A stretch of DNA of 64,000 nucleotides from a virus (taxonomy: Duplodnaviria; Heunggongvirae; Uroviricota; Caudoviricetes): the IMG/VR virus record IMGVR_UViG_3300020036_001703. One strand, written 5' to 3'. The translations under genes and the position numbers were made by a program. Below are positions 56,332-64,000 of the stretch, in pieces (within the stretch, counting starts at the first letter, position 1; each line of letters starts with the position of its first letter). The notes beneath the pieces are model-generated. The model was given only the letters and a program-made list of their open reading frames with translations, was not told where the DNA came from and did no database searches.

Positions 56332-56937
56332 ATGACTGCAAAGTTCGAAAACATTCACGACAACACCTTGGGTAACCGGAACACCTTGGGTAACTGGAAC
56401 ACCTTGGGTAACCGGAACACCTTGGGTAACTGGAACACCTTGGGTAACCGGAACACCTTGGGTAACTGGAACACCTTGGGTAACTGGAACACCTTGGGTA
56501 ACGACAACACCTTGGGTAACTACAACACCTTGGGTAACTACAACACCTTGGGTGACGGGAACACCTTGGGTGACGGGAACACCTTGGGTGACTGGAACAC
56601 CTTGGGTAACTACAACACCTTGGGTGACCGGAACACATTGGGTAACTACAACACCTTGGGTGATTCTCTTAAGTATGGAAAACGATTCTCCTGTGAGGGT
56701 GTGAAAGTAATTGCATTGATGACGATGGCCAATGTGGATGGCAGTGGTCGTAAGATCCACATTTATATTCACACAGAAGGAATTAAGATTGTAGCTGGGT
56801 GTTTCTCTGGTACACTGAATGAATTCTGTGAGAAAGCTATTTCCGAGAATAAAACCCGATATGCTAAGGTTGTAAAGGCTGCTGCTGAAGCTTTGGCTGA
56901 AGATGTGAAGGAAAAGGGTGAAACGAACGGCTGGTGA
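56332..56937 (+). CDS. hexapeptide-repeat protein (17 x NTLG[ND]x) with a C-terminal globular domain
   Basis: AAAGGAAAG RBS; 201 aa; repeats translate from near-identical 18-bp DNA units. Confidence 0.6.
   Translation: MTAKFENIHDNTLGNRNTLGNWNTLGNRNTLGNWNTLGNRNTLGNWNTLGNWNTLGNDNTLGNYNTLGNYNTLGDGNTLGDGNTLGDWNTLGNYNTLGDRNTLGNYNTLGDSLKYGKRFSCEGVKVIALMTMANVDGSGRKIHIYIHTEGIKIVAGCFSGTLNEFCEKAISENKTRYAKVVKAAAEALAEDVKEKGETNGW
56362..56667 (+). repeat. tandem array of 17 x 18-bp repeats (AACACCTTGGGT[AG]ACNNN)
   Basis: Read directly; variation is confined to the last codon of each unit and one A/G position. Confidence 0.9.
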
Positions 56938-56969
56938 CTTGAAGAAGGTTGATTAACAAGGAGATACAA

Positions 56970-57281
56970 ATGGAAAAGAAACTTGAGTTTTGGATTTACT
57001 CTCTTTACCGAAGAGAGTTTCAAGAGAATTGGAACAAAATTGATATTGATGGAAATCCTGTAATTGAAGTAGTTGATGTTCTTGTAGATGAAAGAATTAT
57101 AACCTATCCATCACATAACCTGTGTATTGGTGCTACTGGAATAGATGGTAAGTACTATCATTTTGATTCATATGAAGCATATTATGCTGCAAACTGGTTT
57201 GCTGAAAAAGAAAGTATTCATGGACTCAGGATTGAATCTGTAAAGGTTTCAGTTGATCGAAATAACCTGATTATTCTGTAA
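56970..57281 (+). CDS. hypothetical protein
   Basis: AAGGAGAT RBS; 103 aa. Confidence 0.45.
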   Translation: MEKKLEFWIYSLYRREFQENWNKIDIDGNPVIEVVDVLVDERIITYPSHNLCIGATGIDGKYYHFDSYEAYYAANWFAEKESIHGLRIESVKVSVDRNNLIIL

Positions 57282-57329
57282 AATTCAGATTTTAGATTTT
57301 GGGAATTAAGGAGGAAGGAATGGTTTCTA

Positions 57330-57596
57330 ATGCAGATCGAAAATTACCCAAGTAAAGAATTAAAAGAGTTTGGAGAACAATTATCCGAAGCCCTCATCAC
57401 AACGTCTATTCAATCATCAATGAAAGGGCTCGGAGGTTGCAAGACCTTTGATATTAATTCTTTCCAAGAAGAGTTTCATCCTTACCTGCTGGAGTACCTT
57501 AAAGGAAACCATGACTCTTTGGCAATCATTTATGCAGCCATGAAAACTAAAGAGCAAGAAATAAAGTTTAAATATGAAAATACACTTAATATCTGA
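57330..57596 (+). CDS. hypothetical protein
   Basis: 88 aa. Confidence 0.4.
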   Translation: MQIENYPSKELKEFGEQLSEALITTSIQSSMKGLGGCKTFDINSFQEEFHPYLLEYLKGNHDSLAIIYAAMKTKEQEIKFKYENTLNI

Positions 57597-58335
57597 TTTG
57601 CACTGTGACTTCTCTAAATATACTCAAGAATTCCCTGATTGTGACGTAGTTGTGATTGCAGGAGACATTGGAGAAGATCCTTTGCATCTTATTGACATTT
57701 GCAATTACAATCCAATGCACAAGATTATATTTGTGCCTGGAAATCATGATTTCTATGGTTCTTCTGTTGAACAAAGAATGCAAACTTTTTATGAAATTCA
57801 GACAGAGATTTGCAAGAATCTTATTGTGTTACAGAATGAGTTTGTAGAAGTTAATGGTGTTCTGTTTTACGGATGTACATTGTGGTCTGGATTAAACGCA
57901 TATGCAGGATATGCACATAAACTTAAATCATGGTACGAATACAATATAGCTGACACAAGGTACATTACTTCATGGTCTGCAGATTTGATGATTCAAGAGC
58001 ACTTCTATTCTCATTACAAAATGACAGAATTCTTTCAAAGGAATAAGGATAAGAAGAAAGTTGTAATTACGCATTTTGCACCTTCTCTGAAGTCTGTACA
58101 TGAAAGTTATTCAGGCAGTGTCCCATTTAACTCATACTGGTGTAATGGCTTTTCTGATGACTTTATTTCTAGTGCTGATCTCTGGTTACATGGTCATGTT
58201 CATAACTCTTTTGATTATAATGTAAATGAATACAGTGAAAAGCAATGTAGAGTAGTTTGTAACCCTAGAGGTTACATTACTTCTTATGGAGAAGAGAACT
58301 ATAATTTCAATCCTAACCTTATTCTAGAAATATGA
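57574..58335 (+). CDS. calcineurin-like metallophosphoesterase
   Basis: ISDLHCD ... IAGDIGED ... VPGNHDFYG ... HGHVH. Confidence 0.7.
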   Translation: MKIHLISDLHCDFSKYTQEFPDCDVVVIAGDIGEDPLHLIDICNYNPMHKIIFVPGNHDFYGSSVEQRMQTFYEIQTEICKNLIVLQNEFVEVNGVLFYGCTLWSGLNAYAGYAHKLKSWYEYNIADTRYITSWSADLMIQEHFYSHYKMTEFFQRNKDKKKVVITHFAPSLKSVHESYSGSVPFNSYWCNGFSDDFISSADLWLHGHVHNSFDYNVNEYSEKQCRVVCNPRGYITSYGEENYNFNPNLILEI

Positions 58336-58559
58336 ACATCCTAACTAGAAATGAAGTATTTGATTCGTATGTTGAAGCTGAAAAGTATGCTTCTAGTTTG
58401 CTGACTTTTGAACAAATTGTTGAAACCTACAGAGACATGTCTATTGCAGAAAAACAACAGTTTGTAGTGTATAAAGTACAAATCCTTGGAAGCTATGATA
58501 CAATGCTATTTATACGCTACGAAGTTGTTAAAACTGAAGACCAAACTGAAAGGAACTAA
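58332..58559 (+). CDS. hypothetical protein
   Basis: 75 aa. Confidence 0.4.
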   Translation: MNILTRNEVFDSYVEAEKYASSLLTFEQIVETYRDMSIAEKQQFVVYKVQILGSYDTMLFIRYEVVKTEDQTERN

Positions 58560-58560
58560 T

Positions 58561-58836
58561 ATGATTACAGTAATTGACAAGGGACAGAAAGTTAAAACAT
58601 TAAAGTGTGCAGATCTGGAAAAAGGTAAGGCTTATAGAATCGTAAATAGTAATTCAAGTATGAGTAAAGAATTCATTGGATCAATCGGAATTATTGGTTA
58701 CAGTACTTTATCTCAATTTACATTTACATTTACTAACATTACAGTTTCACCTGGACTGAATTGGACCATTGGCGAATGTAATAAATTTTCAGTTGAATTC
58801 TGTGAAGTAGATCTTGAAATTACAGTAAAGAATTGA
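58561..58836 (+). CDS. hypothetical protein
   Basis: Start at the internal ATG adjacent to the preceding stop. Confidence 0.4.
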   Translation: MITVIDKGQKVKTLKCADLEKGKAYRIVNSNSSMSKEFIGSIGIIGYSTLSQFTFTFTNITVSPGLNWTIGECNKFSVEFCEVDLEITVKN

Positions 58837-58950
58837 AATAATTTTGTCAAAAATCGTGTAGAATCCTAGAAATTATATAAGAAATTTCTATAGATTTTCT
58901 GGAATTATACTAGCAACAAACCAATACTTACAAAAGATAAAGGAATCAAT

Positions 58951-59535
58951 ATGCAAGAATATATTCGTAAAGATCGTAATGGTAATGAATTGAAGGTTGG
59001 GGATAAGGTTAACCGAATTGAAGGTAATGAAATTATTTGTTCAGGTGAAGTTAGTCTACCACAATATTATACAGAGTGGGCGAATAAAGAAGATACTATC
59101 TGGATCAAATTGGAAACTGCTCCTCGTGATTTTGAAGATAACATTGGCCAAATTTTGTGGACATACACTGAACACGTAGAGAAGATTGATACCAAACAAG
59201 AATTTAACAAGCCCACACCTCATCCTCATGCAGAACTGATTAAACTGTGGGCTGATGATCTTAGTATTAAGTTTCAGTACAAGTTTAAAGATTCTGTTGT
59301 TTGGAATGATCTAAATGCAGACCCAGTTTGGAATAAAACTTTAGAATATCGAGTCAAACCAAAAGAAAAGAAGTTTGTTGATAAGTATTATTATACATAT
59401 AAAAATGCTCGTGGGCAGTTTGTCACAACTACTAGGCTATTTTCAGATGAAGAATGGGGGAATTTCATCAATGACTTGGGTATTACTCAATATGTAAAAT
59501 TGCATTTCAGTCTTACCAAGTTAGAAATTAAATAA
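58951..59535 (+). CDS. hypothetical protein
   Basis: 194 aa, AAAGGAAT RBS. Confidence 0.5.
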   Translation: MQEYIRKDRNGNELKVGDKVNRIEGNEIICSGEVSLPQYYTEWANKEDTIWIKLETAPRDFEDNIGQILWTYTEHVEKIDTKQEFNKPTPHPHAELIKLWADDLSIKFQYKFKDSVVWNDLNADPVWNKTLEYRVKPKEKKFVDKYYYTYKNARGQFVTTTRLFSDEEWGNFINDLGITQYVKLHFSLTKLEIK

Positions 59536-59542
59536 GATTAAT

Positions 59543-59743
59543 ATGTATCACAAAACTCATCATGGAAATGCAATTGGTACTCTTGAACTAACTGCAGAAG
59601 AGGTGCGAGAACTATTGAAAGTACTGCATGTAGTTAATGGGAATATTGACAACAAAATCAATGGTGATCATATTCTCTGGAATGAAACTTTCTGGGACTT
59701 GAATTCTAACTTACATGAACTTCAGAAACAGCTAGTTGGTTAG
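59543..59743 (+). CDS. hypothetical protein
   Basis: 66 aa. Confidence 0.4.
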   Translation: MYHKTHHGNAIGTLELTAEEVRELLKVLHVVNGNIDNKINGDHILWNETFWDLNSNLHELQKQLVG

Positions 59744-59758
59744 GTTACAAATTAAGTC

Positions 59759-59806
59759 AAAAGCCCAGATTGAGATTAAGTTCTTAGCCTGGGCTTTATT
59801 CTTTTC
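59759..59806 (+). terminator. rho-independent terminator ending the AT-rich early block
   Basis: AAGCCCAG...CTGGGCTT stem (20-nt loop) plus TATTCTTTTCT. Confidence 0.5.
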
Positions 59807-60594
59807 TAGAACTCAATAGTAGAATCTCTAGCTTGAAAAGTTTTTTAACAAAAGCCCAGATCGAAAATGCCCTATCCTCAAAACGTAAATAACCCAGGAA
59901 CTTCTAAAATGCAAAACGATAATTATTTAACGCTATACATTAAATGCAAAACGATATCCGATAAATATCCATCGCTAAATGTTATACGTTCAATATCTAA
60001 TGTTAAACAAGGCATGCTACTTGATAAACAAATGCTATATAACGCTATTCGTTCTGAACCTCTAACCCGGCTAACCATAGCAAAATCCAGACCAACTAAC
60101 CGAGGGTTTCTACTTAGTTTTGATCAATCTAGGGTTTATCCTAACCTGGACTGATATTGTCATTAAATGACGAATCCCCAGGAAAGCCCTTAAAACGCTC
60201 TACAGTCGATTTTCACCCCTTAGACGTAGGCAGGTATCAAAAAATATAGTTCTCGCAACCTGGAGCTGTTCACAGGTTATTAACATGGGTTGTCATAGGG
60301 AAAAACTAGACTTATCCACATGTTGTAAAATAATAACAAAGTATTTTACTAGGGATTGTGTTTTGTGATATGCACATAGGCGTGTCTAGCTATACATCCA
60401 GGGAATCAATAGAGTTACAAATTATTACAGATTGTTGTAACCAAACAACGTTATTGTGTGCATAATGGGAACCAATGCAGCAACGCAGACAACACAGGAA
60501 AAACATGATCCTACGTCAAGCCCTCACACAAACCCGTCAAAATCAATCAGTCCCCGTCACTTTTAATCAACGTCCTCACTAAACAGATTACATC

Positions 60595-60897
60595 ATGTTG
60601 ACAATTGAACAATTGACTTCTGTCGAGTCTCAAATGACCCTCAAGGGGGCAGCGCTCACGGCTAAAATTCTAGCTGATGCGGTACGGCTCAAAATGCGGG
60701 CTGACATTGATAACCCGGCGGCATCCTGCCCACTACCTGGTTTTCTGCCCCTTGCCATAAATCTGCATTTTAACGAGTTGGCGGATAGTCTCGATAATAA
60801 TTGTCCGCACTACCCCGACGACGTGGACATAATCGACACATTGCGCGATCAGGTGGCACAGAATATGCGTGAACTGGGTTTTGATTTTGAGGCATAA
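60595..60897 (+). CDS. hypothetical protein (GC-richer right-end module)
   Basis: 100 aa; codon usage visibly GC-richer than the rest of the window. Confidence 0.45.
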   Translation: MLTIEQLTSVESQMTLKGAALTAKILADAVRLKMRADIDNPAASCPLPGFLPLAINLHFNELADSLDNNCPHYPDDVDIIDTLRDQVAQNMRELGFDFEA

Positions 60898-60898
60898 A

Positions 60899-61090
60899 AT
60901 GAAAAACGAACACGATTCAAATTTGAGCCTCATCCCTCAAACTGTCCCAAGCTGGATGCACCCCTCAAAACACGTTTACAAGCCCCGCAATGCTCAAACA
61001 AGGGGCCTGGAATACTTGGGGGTCATCTGCATTGGTTTGATTCTTGCATCCCCTTTTATCGTTCAAACAATCATCGATTACACAAAGTAA
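60899..61090 (+). CDS. small membrane protein
   Basis: Start 1 nt after the preceding stop; C-terminal hydrophobic helix. Confidence 0.35.
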   Translation: MKNEHDSNLSLIPQTVPSWMHPSKHVYKPRNAQTRGLEYLGVICIGLILASPFIVQTIIDYTK

Positions 61091-61099
61091 GGATGCAAA

Positions 61100-61306
61100 A
61101 TGCCCAAAATCAACATGCAACAAAATGATGCCGAGTTTATGGCGGGTGTCAATCAATCGTTGAAAAAGGTTCACAATAAAGCACTGCAAAATCGCAGGAG
61201 TTTCGAGGAACAATCCAAACCTGGCTATTGGCAGAATCAAAACATGCGCAAGAATAACCCGCGCTGTAAGTCTTACGATGCACTTACGGATTATGTCCTG
61301 ATCTGA
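61100..61306 (+). CDS. hypothetical protein
   Basis: 68 aa. Confidence 0.35.
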   Translation: MPKINMQQNDAEFMAGVNQSLKKVHNKALQNRRSFEEQSKPGYWQNQNMRKNNPRCKSYDALTDYVLI

Positions 61307-61335
61307 TTTTTAACCTATCACTGGAGAATCTAAAA

Positions 61336-61566
61336 ATGTCACGTCATTATCAAAAGACAATCGAAACTAGCGGCTGGTCAAATGACCAATTTAATAGTCT
61401 GCATCGCGGGCAGTGGGTAAGTAACTTCGGTGCGACTGGTCAATTCTTGGGGATCACTTCACGCGGCATAGTCTCAATCAATTACAAACAAACCGAGGAT
61501 AAGCGCAAGCAGTATGCGGCTAATAAACCCCTCCGGCAGTTTGTTAAATTGCATGGGGGAAAATAA
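61336..61566 (+). CDS. hypothetical protein
   Basis: 76 aa. Confidence 0.4.
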   Translation: MSRHYQKTIETSGWSNDQFNSLHRGQWVSNFGATGQFLGITSRGIVSINYKQTEDKRKQYAANKPLRQFVKLHGGK

Positions 61567-61810
61567 TGCTGACTCAAATCTACAGGGTGAACATGTACCC
61601 GGAAACTTGCCCTAGTGACATTTGTTCAATGGGGTGCTTTTATTCTGAATATGAAGCCGAGAAAGCTATTGAAAAATATAAAAAGGAATATTCAGATACA
61701 ATGGTATTTGAGATTGAAACCGATTATATCGGATAGGTTTTAATACCTAACCCGTTAGATATAGCGGGTTATAATTAGAATCTTTCAACGTCAACCAATA
61801 GGTTATTTTT

Positions 61811-62263
61811 ATGTCACATTTTACAGAATCCGAACTTCGTGCTATTACCAAAGCGAAAAATATCCTCTATCGGGCGCTGAAGACTGGGCCTGTTTTCAAT
61901 TCTCCGCAAGTAGTGAAAGATTATCTACAACTTCAAATAGGGCACCTGGAGCGTGAGGTTTTCGGGGTGCTATATTTGGATGCACAAAACCGACTGATTG
62001 ACTTTGTAATTGAGTTTAACGGCACCCTCACACAAACAAGCGTCTACCCGCGCGAAATTGTTAAACGGGCTATTTCACTCAACGCCGCCAGCACAATCCT
62101 GACACATAATCACCCTTCGGGCTTGTTGGAGCCATCACGGGCCGATGAGTTGCTGACTCAGACTCTAAAATCTAGCCTATCCCTTGTTGATGTAAGGGTT
62201 TTGGACCATTTGATTGTGGGGGTTTCGGGGGCGGTATCTTTTGCTGAATCGGGATATATTTAA
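61811..62263 (+). CDS. radC: RadC-like JAB/MPN domain protein
   Basis: [22 protein letters not shown] matches the RadC JAMM-like H.H...S..D core; 150 aa. Confidence 0.75.
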   Translation: MSHFTESELRAITKAKNILYRALKTGPVFNSPQVVKDYLQLQIGHLEREVFGVLYLDAQNRLIDFVIEFNGTLTQTSVYPREIVKRAISLNAASTILTHNHPSGLLEPSRADELLTQTLKSSLSLVDVRVLDHLIVGVSGAVSFAESGYI

Positions 62264-62264
62264 T

Positions 62265-62468
62265 ATGCAAGTCAAAGAGTACGAAACCGATTGTTTTGGC
62301 GTAACAGCTAGAATCTCAACAATCGGGGGAACTAAATATGTGGACATATGCAGTCGCATCCATGTCAAACCAGAATATAGGCTTCCGCATAGTTACGCCA
62401 TAACTTGGTCAGACTATCGGATTCTAAAAGACTCGGATTTTCTGAGATATCTAAGCCGCTACAGGTAA
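62265..62468 (+). CDS. hypothetical protein
   Basis: Starts 1 nt after the radC stop. Confidence 0.35.
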   Translation: MQVKEYETDCFGVTARISTIGGTKYVDICSRIHVKPEYRLPHSYAITWSDYRILKDSDFLRYLSRYR

Positions 62469-62685
62469 ACAAAAATGCAATATCGAGTAAATACAATTAG
62501 CACAGAATCTCATAATTGGAGATTGTCAAGAATGGATTCTGTAATTGTGCAGTTTACAGCACGCTAGAAGACCTACCCAAAACAGTAATGGACCTGGTGA
62601 AAACAGGCATCTAGCACCTACCCCTCACCCTCTTAAATTTAATCCAACATAGCCCCATCTAGGGGCCTTACCGAAGGTTTAACCA

Positions 62686-63459
62686 ATGCCTGGCTTCATC
62701 ATTTATCAAGGCCCATCACTCATTGACGGTAAGCCTATCGTCGTTATTTACTTGACAGGATCAGATAACGTTAAGACTGGGAATATGGCGCAGACCTATA
62801 TTCTCAGGTCTGATATTGACCCCATCACGGCGTCACGACATGGGGACGATTACTCAATATGTGGAGACTGCAAACATAGGGGCACACCTAATCCAAACAA
62901 GTCCAAGGGTTGGGCAGATGATAGGGCTTGTTATGTGAACCTCATACATGGCCCCAATCAGGTGTATAAGGCATTCAAGGCGGGAAAGTACCCCTCAGTT
63001 AGCATGTCACCTTATTCCCTGCCACAAACCCTTACAATCTTAGGGTGTGACCAGATCATCAGAATCGGATCTTATGGCGATCCTCTGGCTGTGCCGCATG
63101 ATGTATGGGCAAGCCTAACCCGTAAAGCTGAAACCTGGACAGGCTACACCCACCAATCAGAAACAAACCCCGATAATCGCACAATCAATTTGTGTATGAT
63201 CTCGGTCGATAACAAAGCCGAGTATCATCGAGCACAGTCTAAGGGTTTGAGAACCTTCCGCATTATCCCTTATCAGGAATATAAGGAATTTGGACATGAC
63301 AGTATCATGCCCAATGAGATACTATGTCCGGCTAGTAAAGAGGCTATTATCGAAAAGAGTATTACATGCTCAGAATGTAAACTGTGCAAGGGTCAAACTA
63401 TTAAGGCTAAGAGTATTGCAATAGTGGCGCATGGCGTAGGTCGTAAACATATTATTTAA
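62686..63459 (+). CDS. Cys-rich hypothetical protein (257 aa)
   Basis: CGDCKHRG ... CSECKLCKG clusters; no family recognised. Confidence 0.5.
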   Translation: MPGFIIYQGPSLIDGKPIVVIYLTGSDNVKTGNMAQTYILRSDIDPITASRHGDDYSICGDCKHRGTPNPNKSKGWADDRACYVNLIHGPNQVYKAFKAGKYPSVSMSPYSLPQTLTILGCDQIIRIGSYGDPLAVPHDVWASLTRKAETWTGYTHQSETNPDNRTINLCMISVDNKAEYHRAQSKGLRTFRIIPYQEYKEFGHDSIMPNEILCPASKEAIIEKSITCSECKLCKGQTIKAKSIAIVAHGVGRKHII

Positions 63460-63692
63460 GGCTGAAACCATTATATATATTAACTAATGAAGGAGAATAA
63501 CATATTAGATATTAAATATCTCCAATATAGAAAGAGATTCAAAGCACATGTAAATCTCATCAGGTTATATTCCTTGCTTCTATTCCATTGTATTGTACTA
63601 GGTACTCTGTGCATGGGGTGGGTATGGATAGCTGGGTGTGTGTTTAACGCTTCGCGTTAGGTGCAAATGTTCGTGGTGTTGACACCACCATG

Positions 63693-63725
63693 AAGCCTCC
63701 AGGTTAACAGCTTGGAGGCTTTTGT
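63693..63725 (+). terminator. intrinsic terminator-like hairpin in the terminal non-coding region
   Basis: AAGCCTCCA...TGGAGGCTT stem plus TTTGTCC; preceded by a GTGGTG..CACCAC hairpin. Confidence 0.4.
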
Positions 63726-64000
63726 CCTTGCTGTATTGTTTGCGCAAGGATTTTGGTTTGTGGTGCTTTTGTCTATTGTGATATTCAATATATTGTTTGT
63801 TAGTTCAAGTGCTGGAGGTGCTATATGTACCATTGGTCAATTAATGCACACATGTATATTATTTAACGCTTAACGTTATCCGTTATAGCTGCTAAAAATG
63901 TTTGCTTCGCAAATAAATAAACGAACCAGAGGCATTAGACTGAAACTAGAGTAGTTTGGAAGGTTATTTATTCTGTGATATTTTGAAATTGTTGGAGATG

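Noticed and set aside
56362-56667. Possible CRISPR array
   Set aside because: The repeats are 18 bp and directly abutting with no unique spacers, and they are in frame within a coding sequence
56255-56772. Two minus-strand ORFs (127 and 154 aa; PRCS and VTQGVPV repeats) across the 18-bp repeat array
   Set aside because: They are antisense read-through of the tandem repeat with no RBS; the plus-strand gene has a strong RBS and terminator-defined context
59867-60154. 95-aa ORF inside the GC-shifted non-coding stretch
   Set aside because: It has no RBS and odd composition and sits between terminator-like repeats; it is more likely non-coding, though this remains uncertain

Overview
This window looks like a dense, AT-rich stretch of a tailed-phage (siphovirus-like) genome with three blocks plus an atypical right end. 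(1) 1-13.8 kb, plus strand: the tail-morphogenesis module (major tail protein, two overlapping chaperone ORFs, a 1900-aa tape measure, distal tail protein, two tail-fibre paralogues sharing an N-terminus) followed by a lysis cassette (membrane proteins, an HNH homing endonuclease inserted before a GH24 endolysin). (2) 13.9-34.9 kb, minus strand: replication and nucleotide metabolism. This block contains the class I RNR nrdA/nrdB with a thioredoxin, ThyX, a MazG-like protein, endonuclease VII plus HNH, a FEN-like nuclease, SSB, a NAMPT-like plus Prs-like pair (a NAD+ reconstitution candidate), T7-like DNA polymerase, primase-helicase and ATP-dependent DNA ligase, and many tightly coupled small ORFs. 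(3) 35.2-59.8 kb, plus strand behind a promoter and palindromic operator: an early/accessory block. It opens with a GC-rich insert of two small ORFs, then a lambda-type phosphatase and an Rnl5-like RNA ligase, two deaminase-fold proteins, three calcineurin-like phosphoesterases in total, tRNA genes (Met, Leu, Lys and one aberrant tRNA-like element), a secreted SleB-like hydrolase, lipoproteins, a 670-aa unknown protein, a gene interrupted by an in-frame TAA, and a protein encoded by 17 near-perfect 18-bp tandem repeats (NTLGNx hexapeptide array). (4) 59.8-64 kb: a compositionally distinct, GC-richer right end with a long non-coding stretch, small ORFs, a RadC-like JAB protein, a Cys-rich 257-aa unknown protein and a terminal non-coding region with repeated motifs. 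All functional calls rest on motifs read directly from the supplied translations; no database searches were possible.
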